Shown: positions 14,001 through 27,190 of the stretch, piece by piece
Position numbering within the stretch: position 1 is the first letter of the stretch
Layout: each line of letters opens with the position of its first letter
DNA from: Octopus vulgaris
Taxonomy: Eukaryota
Reading direction: 5' to 3'
NCBI GenBank assembly: GCA_951406725.2
Contig: OX597817.1
Coordinates: 105,648,001-105,712,000, forward strand
DNA: 64,000 nucleotides
The notes under the pieces: generated by a model
What the model was told of the DNA's origin: nothing
Seen by the model: the letters and a program-made list of their open reading frames with translations, nothing else
The model's database searches: none
Program-made: the position numbers and the translations under genes

Positions 14001-17000
14001 ATTAGGAAGTCAGTAAGTGGAGATGAGGAGGGAGAATAATTTTGGAGATGTAGTTTTTGCCATGTTAAGTAAGTGAAGTATAAAATAAGGACATAATGCT
14101 ATGGTTCTGACATATTTTGAACTTATTGTCTACATATGTAGCACCACATATGTTCAGTCATTCAACTTCTTGTCTTTCAGGAGCAATGATTTCTTGTTTC
14201 TTATTTAACCCCAATGTTATGAGTAAAGATATTCCTAAAAAATGTGTTGTTGATCCTTCTGGGTAATACTTAGACCAGTTGTTCTCAATCAAGGTCCATA
14301 TGGTCGGGGGGGGGGGGGGGTGTTCATATAAGACTTTGTTGTTAAAATTTATGTGTAATAAATTGCTTATACTTCTACAATATTTTAATTTTTTGAAAAT
14401 AATTCCTAATAATATTTAAGAATAAATATACAGTAGGAATTTTTTTTTTATATACATCAAGTGACTATGGAGGTCCTTTAGAGTAAAATGGGAGTCAAAG
14501 GAGTTCATAGGCAAAACATGGTTGAGAGAGTCACTACTCCAGACTAAAGCACTTGCATTCCAACTATGACTGTTCTGTCATTTTAGTAGCATCTACAACA
14601 ACATTATCCAATGTGCCCTTCCTTTTTAAAATGATATGGTGTGCCTTGACAGATTTGGATGCTGTTTCTTCAGAAGATGAGCAACTACATAGAAGCTCTT
14701 TCATTGGTTCATGGATTGACATCTGTTTCCTGTCATGCTTGTCCATAGTGACAGCTACAGTTAAATTTCCTTGACATCCAGCCAATGTTGGTCAATTGTT
14801 TTAGGTTATCTGCTTAGCTAAAATCAGAAATCAGTTACTAGTACTGACTAAAACTGTATCAAAACAGGATAATGCCACAGAATATATGTTACTGTTTCTC
14901 CTCCTATTTGCCAATGTAAGCAATCATCCTCATTATCAATTGTCAAAAATGGCAGCAGTTGTGTTAAATTGAAGCAGATTGCTGAAATAATAGGGTATAA
15001 CGTGAAGGTGATAAAAAGATTCTGATTAGTTTAGGCGTATTTGTTATAGATTGATTTGTAAATTCTTGTGTCAAACATTGTGTTTCGTATAAGATGCTTT
15101 ATGATGTTTATTCCAGTATTTTAAGTTTTTTATTTGTAAGCTGATGGGTTTTACTCTGAGCACTAATTTTATTAAAGTAAATGTACTTATCATCTGGAGC
15201 CCTCAGTAAAGATCCACACAATCCCTTGAAGGGACTGTGTGGGCCAGTGGAATATCTCAAGTTGTACATGCAACTACAAAGTTAGTGTTACTCCACTGCA
15301 AAACTTTGTAAATTATTTGTTTGTAGAAGTAGCATTTTCTAGGATCGGATGGAAAATCATTATTTTGACCAATCTTAGTTCAATGATTTTTCCTAAAATG
15401 ACAATTATTATGATCACAATTTACATCCTGAATGTAATTTAGCTGTAATCAGAAGTATTTTGCTTCTTTTTTTTTTTTTGTGAAATTTGAGAACTTTGTA
15501 ACTTGTGTCATTAATGTTGGTAAATAGACGTTGTTTCTGAAACATAGCAGTGTTGTAGTTGAGGCTAATAAGCTGATATCACTCAACAGAGATTCTTAGT
15601 AGAATCATCATCAGTTAGCATCCGTTTTCCATGCTGGTGTTGGTTGGATGGTTTGACAGGAACTGGCAAGCCAGAGAACTGTGCTAGACACCTGCTTTGG
15701 CATGATTTCTATGGCTGGATGCCTTTCTTAATGCCAACTACTTTACAGAGTGTTCAGGGTGCATTTTATGTGGCACCAGCATTGGGAGAGTCGCCAAGTA
15801 ACTTGTAAGACAAAGACCTCTTGGCTGGGAGGGGAAGATAGCTTTGTGCCAGTTGAGCAGTTATAATAGAGAGATAGAGATAGGTGTCTTACTAGGAGAA
15901 GAAAGAGAGATAATTAGAGGGAAAGATAGACAGACAGGCAAAGTAAGAGAGAAATAGATGGTGTTGGAGATGTTTTGGGACCTGCAATGAGGAGTGAATG
16001 TAAGTGTTATAGAGGGGAATGTTTCATAAGAGTGTGAGGGGAGATGTTTAGAAATAGGGAAGGGATGACTGTAGCAAGTGATGAGATGTGAAATTGGAGT
16101 GACTGGAGGTGCTATGATAGGTATGGGAAGACATGGAGAGAGTGCATTCATAAAATAACAATGTCAGTAAAATTATGACACCCATAATATTTTTTTTTTT
16201 ACTGATTAAATCACTGTTTATGCTTCTTTTCTTGTGTGTGACTAATAAAATAGTTAAACTATTAAACCTTTGATATTTGTTCTGTTGCAGGGTCGGTTAG
16301 CACTCCAGAAGTTATGGTTTTATTTACAACCAACAATAAAGACATTTGAGATTCTTGCTTCAATTTCAAACTCAATTAACAATGTAAGTTTTACTAAGCT
16401 GCATTTTTTCATTAATACTATCATTAAACATCTTGATTATTTTTATCAAGAGGTATGTAGTCAACAAATTAACTTAATGAAGAAGTACAATATAGAACCT
16501 TGATGTGACCTGAAGAATAAAAAAATCTAAGATTCTAATTGAGTAGAGTCTTTCATCTACATCTGTATGTTTTTACTTTAATTAAGAATTAACTGCTAAG
16601 ATTTAATGTAAAATGATATGAGACATCATTAAAATTAATTTAAGGCAGAAAAGAGAAATCTTACTGATTGGACTAGAATCATGTGTTTATCATAGTATCA
16701 TATTATTTTGTGAAGTTAGAATAGAGTTAAACTAAATACTGTTATTCGTGACTGCTATTTTGAGGAGATGGTATGGTTGGCACTCTAGTGTAACTGGTAA
16801 TACACTCACTTTGCAAGCAATAGGTTACATTGCTTCCACTTGTTTCTCTTTTCTTTCTTGGATTAGCACTTACAATATGTTGTAGGTTTTTTTTTATTTT
16901 TAAGGTTTACTTTTTTTTCTCAGTAGATAAAGAAAATGCTGCACTTCCTGATGAAGAGTATTGGACTCTGCAAGAGTCCTGTGTTGGTGCCATGTAAAAA

Positions 17001-20000
17001 GCTTTCATGTAGCACTTGTGCCAGTTCCACATTAAAAGCACCCAACACACATATAAAATGGTTGTGTTAGGAAGCATTCAGCCATAGAAACCAAGCCAAA
17101 TCAGGCTGGAAATTGGTGCAGCTCTCTGGCTTGCTAGCTCTGGTCAAACTGTCCAACCCATGCCAGCATGGAAAACGGACACTAAATAATAACGATGGTG
17201 AAGATGATGATGATTAACAGTTTAAAACTCTAGAAAACTTCATTGAAAACAAAATTTTTTTGTGATGTGACATAATTTTTCAATATCCAATTGGATCCAC
17301 CCCTCACTCTTTTTTAATGCCTTAAGAGGATGCATGAACATCACAACTTCTTGTTTCCACATGCCTATGTCTGTTAATCTGTATGAATATTATAGGGCAA
17401 CAACGGCAGCAGCAGATTTAAGTGTTTCGGCCACTTGTCTATAAAGGATTACATTATAAGTAAATTTTATGGATTAGAAGTTTCTTTATTGACTTCACAT
17501 TTCACTATATGTTGGTAGTGTCCCCTCAAGGTGGAGTGGCTACTACAGTGAATGGCACTAGCCATTCTCCTTGCCAATGCCTTCATAGTCATTACTACGG
17601 GGCATGGTTGAGCACCCCACTTGTTCTGGGATATGTGACCCATCACTACTCCTCCTCCTCCATCTTCGGCAGCTTTGTACCCCATACTTTTTTCTTTTCC
17701 TTTCTCATCTCTCTTCTTTTCTTGTTTCTTTGTATCTGTGTGAATCTTTTCAAATGCAACACTTTGAATAAACAAACTGTTTTTCCAAAAAAAAAAAAAA
17801 AGCCAAATTCTAATTTGCCTCAATAACTTAGTAATCATAAGAGGGCTAAAATAGATGAAGACTTGACAATCTGTGTGCTGCCACCTTATACTGAAATTTC
17901 TTCCTAGGATACAGATTTTAATATTCAACGACCCATCAAACCAAAGCTATAAAAACGCTCAGTGTGACTGGTATAGTTCACAACTGCGGACAGTGTATGC
18001 AGAATTGGTAATTGGTTCATTAGTGTGCAGTGCTGAACTCAAATCTTCCTATAGATATGAAGAATGAAATGGAAAATTTGTTCATTTTCCCTAGAAATTT
18101 TCAGATGGTTTAGTTCAGTGTTTCTCAACCATTTTTTTTTTACTTATGGACCCCTTTGATTCCAAATCATTGGAAATACAGTATAGCTAGAAACATTTCT
18201 GTTGTATTTCTTTCATTAAAACAATGATTTTTATTGCAGGGAAAATGTATTGGAGATGCTGTGCTAACACTTCTGCATGAAATGACATCAGGTTTTGCAG
18301 GGTACGTCTATAAATTTTTACTACACTGACAAATGTTTGCAGGTCTCATCATGTTCTTTTGGTGTATTTATTAAGTTATTGTCTGTAGCAACTGGCTTTT
18401 TTAAATAAAAGTAATAGGACAACTCAGATATCAGTATTGTTATCCTATATATATATAGGTGCAGGAGTGGCTGTGTGGTAAGTAGCTTGCTTACCAACCA
18501 CATGGTTCCGGGTTCAGTCCCACTGCATGGCACCTTGGGCAAGTGTCTTCTACTATAGCCTCGGGCCGACCAAAGCCTTGTGAGTGAATTTGGTAGACGG
18601 AAACTGAAAGAAGCCCGTCATATATATGTATATATATATATATGTGTGTGTGCATGTATGTTTGTGTGTCTGTGTTTGTCCCCCTAGCATTGCTTGACAA
18701 CCGATGCTGGTGTGTTTATGTCCCCGTCACCTAGCGGTTCGGCAAAAGAGACCGATAGAATAAGTACTGGACATACAAAGAATAAGCCCCGGGGTCGATG
18801 TGCTCGACTAAAGACAGTGCTCCAGCATGGCCGCAGTCAAATGACTGAAACAAGTAAAAGAGTATATATATATATATATATATACATACACACATTCAGT
18901 GGTTGGACAAAATAATGGAAACACCTAGAATCATAATTCTGAAATATCTATAAAACCATCAAAAGCTTGTTTGTTTTTATATTTTTTGATTATTATAAGT
19001 GTTGCTTAATATGTTTTGCTAAAATTGCTATTTCTTTCCAGATATCATCAGTAAAAGGTAATTAAAATTCATTCAAATGACAGATCTGTTGGACCTTCAA
19101 AGAGGTCAAATTGTTGTTGCTTGTATGGCAGGTGCTAGTGTAATGAAAGCAGCCAAAATGTTTGGAGTATCAAGAAGTACCATCTTGAAAGTAATGACAG
19201 CCTTTGAGAAAGAGGGAAAAACCTCTTCGTTAAAACAAAACTCCGGAAGAAAACCAAAACTTTCAGTTAGGGACTGTTGGACTCTTATGTGAATTGTTAG
19301 AAAGGATCACAAAAGTACAACTCCCAAAATTACTGCAGAGCTTAATAACCACCTCGAGAACCCAGTTTCCACAAAGATTGTTCGCTGGGAGTTGCACAAA
19401 GCCGAATTTCTCAGGATGGCAGCAATCAGGAAGAAAACCAAAACTTTCAGATAGGGCCTGTCGGACTCTTACATGAATTGTTAGAAAGGATCACAAAAAT
19501 ACAGCTCCCAAAATGACTGCAGAGCTTAATGACCACCTTGAGAACCCAGTTTCCACAAAAACTGTTCGCTGGGAGCTGCACAAAGCTGGATTTCATGGGA
19601 AGGCTGCAATCAGAAAACCACTATTTTCAAATACAAACATTGCAAAGCATTTAGATTATAGTAAAAATCTACAGAATTTGTCCCTAGAGCAGTGGAAGAA
19701 TGTTATTTCTTTGGATGAGTCATCTTTTACCCTGTTTCCAGTTGAGTATATGTGTACAGACACCCAAAAGAAGCATTTGACCCAGACTGCCTTCTTTTAA
19801 CTGTTAAACATGGAGGAGGATCTGTGATGATCTGAGGGGGATATATCTTGGAAATCTGCCGGCCCAATGGCTTCCAATCATGGTAGAATTAATAGTCAAG
19901 ACTATTTAAGCATTTTATCTGATTAAATTCATCCTATGTTTGTGGAACTTTTTCCGAAGGGAAACGCAATTTTTCAGGATGATAATGCAGCAATTCACAC

Positions 20001-23000
20001 AGCTAAAGTTGTTACTGAATGGCATGAGGAACATTCTAGTGAAGTTGAACATCATATCTGGCCATCAGAGTCCCCAGATGTCAATATTATTGAACATTTA
20101 TGGTGCATTTTAGAAAAACTATCATCACAACAAGAACTGGAGACTGTTTTAACTGAAGAATGCACAAAAATTCCTTTGGAAACAATTCAAACTTTGTACG
20201 AGTGTTTCCATTATTTTGTCCAACCCCTGTATATATATATATATATATATATGTATTTGTGTGGAGATAAAGAGAAATTACAGGATGCTGGAAAGAGGCC
20301 AAGTTGATGTTTGCTTTGCTCAAGAGCTAAATTAGAAGGAAACATGACAAGGCAGATTGTATGATGTATGTGTCCAGAGTTGTGTATAGTATACACGGAT
20401 ACTGAATATGAGTGGTGTACAATGGAAAAAATGAAGCGAAAGTACTTTGATGGATATGTAATGCTTAGGGACAGCAAAATGAATGTAGAAAAACACCCAG
20501 ATGTTGTAAGCAAAAGAGCTGACTGAGCTGTTATGTGGAACTTGTAGAGGATGACAGCTGGATAAAAAAGTCCCAAGTGATTTAAGTGTGTATGTGTCTA
20601 TATGTGTGCGTGTGCATCTATATATTTGCATATATGTATGTATATATATGTATGTATCTATGTATATATATATATATATATGTGTGTGTATATGTTTACG
20701 TTTATATATATATATGTGTATATATGTATGTGTGTGTGTGTGTGTGTATATATATATACATATACATATGTATGTGGAAAAAGTCCTAGTGGTATCTTGT
20801 CATGTCTGTTTACATTCTGGTTACTTCATTTTATGCCAAGGGTGAGCTTATTTTCCTGCTTTGCAAAGTTGACAGAGTATGTACCAAACACCTGGGATTG
20901 ATATGATTGATTAAATTCCTTTTAGGTAATGCACCAACAGGAGCACAGTCTACTGCTTGAAACTAGTTATGGTACATGTAAGAGGAAAGAGAGCAAGTTC
21001 CTCCTACTTGTGCATACTATTCTAAATAGTTAAAAGCTTAAATTATATATCACTAGATTGTCTTTTTAACAGATTGTTTCTTATCTTTTTAAATTAAATT
21101 TTGTTTTATTTCTGTATTTATTGTAGAGATACTAAAAGTCAAGAACTTTGCCTTTTTTTAACTCAAGCGGTAAGTTTTTATTAATATTATTATTGTTTTG
21201 TTTTTAATCTGCACGTGTGATACAGTAACTTGCCGGGTCACACCCAGTGACTTTGGGCAAGTGAAGGTTAAGAGATGTCTAAATGTAATTGAAAGTTTGG
21301 GAAGAAAGAGTTGGCAGGACAGTACAGCAATTTATTCATACAGCATAACGCAGTACACCATTTATGTATAACTAGCGGGACCTGTGAATATTTCACGGAA
21401 TTTATGCTAAACTTATTGGGTTATTTCTGAAATCTTTATCCAGAAAACATGAAATGTGTAGACTGTGTTGTGTCTATATCAAAAGATAGTCGCTCATTTG
21501 CTACTCATTGAAAAGTGAAAAAAACTGGAATATAATGATTACTTAATGCACTTTATATATACACTTTATATACTTTATAAAGTATATATATAATCTAGAA
21601 ACTTAATATACAGCACTCTCTCTCTTTCTCTCTCACTCTTTGCCTTACCCTCTTTTTCTCTCTCCTTTTCCTTTTACTCTTTGCCTTTCCCTTCAACTAA
21701 TCACGTGAAAGCGTTGCAGACAGGCTAAGTAATGGAGGAAAAAACATAAGTTCAAAAAAAACAATTAGACATTTCACTCTCCACCACCTCTCTCTCCCTG
21801 TCCCCGCCTCCTATCTCCCATTCTCCACTCTCCCCACCCTTCCTATCTCTCCCCATCCATCCTTCAACTAATTACATGGAAGCATTACGGATAGGCTAAG
21901 TAACAGTGACAAGCAGAATTATAAGATTATGTATGAAAGATAAAACAAAATAAAATTTTTTTTTAAATTAATGAAATAAAAAAAGTTTTTAAGTTATTGT
22001 TTTTGTTGAGTTGTCAGTAAAATGTTGCTTTGAGTTACTCATAAGTTTTGCTTTACTTGAACTTTGTAACAAAGATATGTTTAAAATTTTTGGTCTGTGT
22101 CTCACATAAGGTTTCAGCAATTTTGAAGAAATCCTCAGCTCCTTTGCATTTTTGTCCTTCAAGTTGGAATTTGTGAATTATTTCTGTGAAATTCTTTTGT
22201 TTCTTTAAAACATTAAAAAAAACGAAACAAAACAGAAAAAAAAACATTAAATTACATTGCAAAATGTCAGGGGAGTGAAATTACAGACTTGAATAGCTGT
22301 TTTAACTCTGCCTTCTCTATGTTAGAACAAAGCATCCCTAGTGCTGACCAAAACCTTCCTCATACAAATCTATTGTACTTAGGCCAAAAGGTTTTAAGGA
22401 TGAAGTCAATAGATGTGCCTCCAATAGTAAACATCTGCTTGTTAGCAGCTGCCCTTTATGACATATTATGTAGGTCCAAAGGACGCATAGAAAGAGTAAT
22501 AGACACAGGCACAATTGTGTTAGTAAAAGATTATGTTTGGAGGTCAGTCAAATTTATGGATTTGAAGTGACAGAATAGTGGTATAAGTATGAACCAGAGA
22601 CTTGTGTTGAATGCTAGTTCCAGGATATAAGGGGATTTCTTCATAGAGACTGATCACATTACTGAAGTAAGGAGACTAGATATGATTGTGGATGAAAGAA
22701 GGAACAAACAGTGTAAAATCATTGACTTTGCAATCCCATTTGATAGTAGAATGAATACTAAGGAAACTGAGAAAATTGAGAAATCGGGAGTGATCCAGAG
22801 AGATAAAGAGATTGTAGAACACAAAAAAGAAAATCGTTCCTGTGGTGATTGGGAGACTTGGCACTATGCCAAAACTATTACTTTAGTGGCTGAAGGATAA
22901 GGGAATTGAAATGTTTTGTTGACCTGCAGATAAGTGCCATCCTGTATTCTGCAACAATCCTAAAAAAGACTCTTGAAATTTAGGGAGACTTGTCATCCAA

Positions 23001-26000
23001 ACTCAGGATAATAATTCTGTGAGCTAAATTAGCATGTAATAGCTTACATAGTATAATAATGTTAACAGTAATAGTTTATATATCAACTACTAAGTGTTCA
23101 GTGAAACTGTGGGTGGACAAGGTGGCATTGTTGCATGAAAGAGCATGTAAAAAGAAGAGTAACATTAACAAAGAAACAAATTTCAAAAGGATAATGCAAG
23201 AAGGTGTTAATTGAAGGGTAAAGTTACTTTCTCGAGTCATACTGACTCATAAGGGCCAGTTTCATGGCATATATATTCCCCACCTGGACAGAATGCTGGT
23301 CTGTCACAGGATTACTCATTTTTATCAGCTGAGTGGACTGGGGCCATGTGAAATGAGGTGTTTTTCTCAAGAACACAACGCATTGTCCAGGAATTGAAAC
23401 CACAACCACATGATCATTAGTCCAATACCCTAACCACAAAGCCATGTGTCTCTACAAGTGAAAGGTTAGTGGCCAGAAAGAAGTATGGAAAAAAGATAGA
23501 TACAAGATGTGATTATGTTCTTACCAACATACACAAGCAGGAAGGAGAAATGTTTTTTGTATTTGTTTTGGTAGGGAAGGAAGAGCAAAGTAGAAGAGGA
23601 AAACTGGGAAGAATGGTGTTTGGTAATAGAAGGAAATAGCATAAACAACAAAAGCAAAATAGTATTATGAAATTGTTTAAGCTGGTGCCAAGCATGATGA
23701 TAAGTTATTTCTTATATTGGTTTTGTTGTTCAGAAATTCTGGACACTGCAAGATGGTCAATGAAATGGCCAGATGAATTGGAATGGTGGAGCATGAATTT
23801 ACTGTAAGTGCAGTATTTATGTTCTCTTTCATCAATGCAAAGTCTGCTTTGCATCGATGTAGAAAATGGGGTTTGCAGAATTGTAGCTAAAATTTGGAAT
23901 CACTTGGTCCAGGGATTTCATTTGTAATAGCTGTGAGAATTTGAATGAAGAGACAGATGAGGTACCTGCAATGATAGCATTTAATTGAAATGTCTATTTA
24001 CTTGACACCCCACAGCAGACATACAAACTGATCTAAATTTCGCTCTATCATTTTCACCAATGCAAATTATGACCAGTAATTATTATTTTATATTTTTGTT
24101 ACTTGATTATTATATTTGTTTAATATTTTGTGCTTGCAACTTATCAACAACTGAATTAAAAAATTAAAAGATATATGTTCTCTTCCAGTTTTAATTATGT
24201 TTGTGTCTCTTTTCATCAGGCGTGTGCTCCATACTTTGAAATTTTGGAGATGTGGATCTACAAGGGGATTATTAACGATCCATATGAAGAGGTATGTTGC
24301 TTCAGTGATATAAATGTCTCTTTCTATTTCATAACTATTTAAAATATGACTATCCAAAAAAGGTCATTTGAAAGCATATCCCTACCAATATAAAAATGTG
24401 CTGGAGAAAAGGTACAGAATACCTCCAGCAAGAGCAGGGTGATCACAGTATGAATGTCTCAAACCCATTAGCATTTGAATCAACCATATTTGGCTCAAGT
24501 ATTCTAATTGTTTCAAACTGGCCAGATCTCTCCTTTCACACTTACTTTACAAAGTCATTTAAAAAAAAAAAAAAGTCACATCATCGAAATCTCAAAGCTA
24601 TGAGACATTTCATGATTAATTCAAAACAATGTGAATAAACAAGCATTATATATAACATAGTGATTTGAATGCTAAAGGGTTATTCATATGTCTACTCAAT
24701 CAGGACTGATTTAAGACTAAGCAACAACTACATGAATTTTATCTTTTTTTAAATTTTAATTACTATGACTTATGGCCAACATTGTGACCAACAGATAATT
24801 TTGAATTATTAATGTAACTAGGAAAATACTCCATTTCTGCTTGAGAATCTTTCAGTTATCAATCATTAATTATTATTAATCATTCCTTATTGTTTATCAT
24901 TGTTTAATTTTTCTTTCTAGTTTTTTGTTGTTGAGAATGAAGAGGTCAACAAGGAGAAATCATACAATGAATATCCTTTTACTTAATACAGTTTTGTATT
25001 CTAACAGTGATTTTCACTTTAGAATTAGCTTAAATACATGAGGTTACTAATCTCAAATGCAACATTTTATCTATCTATTGTTAGTCAAATATATGTGAAA
25101 TTTTCCTGTACTTATTATCAGTATTTTAATTCTAATCTGTAGTTTTGTAATATTTATTATTTTAATTGAAAATTTTTTGCCAAAATGTGATCGCGTGTGT
25201 ACTGTTGGCGATTTTTTTCCTCCATTTTCCCTTCCTTGGACCTTTCCTTTTCCTATGTTTCTGACGAAGAGCTCTGCTTGAAATGTTAAATCCCCCTTCT
25301 TTCTTTCCTTTCCTGAGCGTCCAATAACATTATACTTGTTCCACGCCCTCGCATTGTGTTCTCTCTTTGTGTTTTCATGTTTAGATTAACTATATATATA
25401 TCACTTGGATAGGCCAGGCTGTTTGGTGAAACTGATTTCTGATGGCTGAACAGGAATAAAAAGATGACAATGAACTGCAGCAAAAGTATGATGAAAATGC
25501 ATCAAACCCAGATGAAAAAAAATTATAATGGAGAACAATTAGTGCATCAAACAAAAATAACTTGTAGTATTTAATTCTGTTAATTATCTCCCTTCATGCC
25601 AAAGTAAAACTCGGCACTTTAACATGGATGATAAAATTAGTACTAACATACTGGAGCCGTTGCAATTGATTTCTGAAAAATATAACCTTCACCTTCAGGG
25701 TACAATAAATTTTTGAGACATGTTTTATGGGAAAAAATAAGTAAATAAATTAAATAGCATCCTTAATGCCAGGTAGTTTGGTAATTAAGTTGCTGAAAGT
25801 GGCAGAGATAGTGAAATGTTAAATTGAATGGTTCATGATATTATTTGACTTTAGTAGCTTTAGTCATTGAGCCACATGGTTGAGAATTGAACTTCTTTAT
25901 CATATAACTGTATATGTCTCACTAGATTCTGTTATTCTTTTTCATGTTTCAATTATTGAACTATGACTACGCAACTGTAAAAGCAATGCCCAAGCAAGGA

Positions 26001-27146
26001 TGTAGTTCAATGATTAAGAAGTTTGTTTCTTAACTTTTTGATTTAATAATTGAAACTAGTAAAAGTCAAATAATACTATATGTGCAGACACGGCTGTTTG
26101 GTAGGAAGCTTGCTTCCCAGCTACATGGTTCCGGGTTCAGTCTCACTGTGTGGTACCTTCGGCAAGTGTCTCCTACTAAAGCCTTGAGCTAACCAAAACC
26201 TTGTGAGTGGATTTTGTAAATGGAAACAGAAAGAATCCCATTGTGTGTGTGTTTATGTATGTATGTGTGTATATATATATCTGTCTGTGTCTGTCCCTCA
26301 CTACCATGTGACAAGCAGTGGTTTGTTTATGTTCCCCGTAACTTAGTGGTTTGACAAAAAGAGAAGGATAAGTACCAGGCTTTAAAAGAAAAAGAAAATC
26401 ACTAGGGTTGATCGCTCGACACAAAGTTCTTCAAAGCTATTTTCCAGCATGGCTGCAATCTAATGACTGAAACAGACAAATGTAAAAAAATAATAATGTG
26501 AACTATTTAATCTGGTGTATACTATCTTTGCCATTTCTACCAGATTACCTGGTGTTGATGATGCGGTTTTTATACATTTTTTTTTACCTGAAATAAGTCT
26601 GGAAAATTTACTGTGTGTGCAAGAGAATGAATGTTACATTTTTCACAAGCCAATTTAACCTTAGTTGTGGGTTATCTATATTAAAATTACTGTCTCCATA
26701 CTCATCATCATCATCATTTAGCATCTGTTTTCCATGCTAGCAGTGGTAAGACAGTTTGATTGGAACTGATAAGCTGGAGAGCTGCACCAGGGTCCTGTCT
26801 GTTTTTGCTTGGCTTCTATGGCTGGATGCCCTTCCTAATGCCAACCACTCCACAAAGTGTACTGAGTGCCTGTCACACTGGCCATGACTATGATTTCATT
26901 TAGCTTGAAGTGTATTCTCAAGCACAAGGCAAAAATGCAGGCTGAATCGTCAACAGAACCTATGTGTCACTAAACTACTAACAAAATACTTGGTGGCTGT
27001 GTGGTAAGTAGCTTGCTTACGAACCACATAGTTCCGGGTTCAGTCCCACTGTGTGACACTGGGCAAGTGTCTTCTGCTATAGCCTTGGGTCGACCAAAGC
27101 CTTGTTAGTGGATTTGGTAGACAGAAACTGAAGGAAGCCCGTCGTA

Positions 27147-27190
<44 letters not shown>

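Noticed and set aside
25760-25790. TCCTTAAT branch-like motif, AG and a putative 4-nt micro-exon within the AT intron
   Set aside because: The following GT intron would need an AG before exon p, and none is suitably placed.
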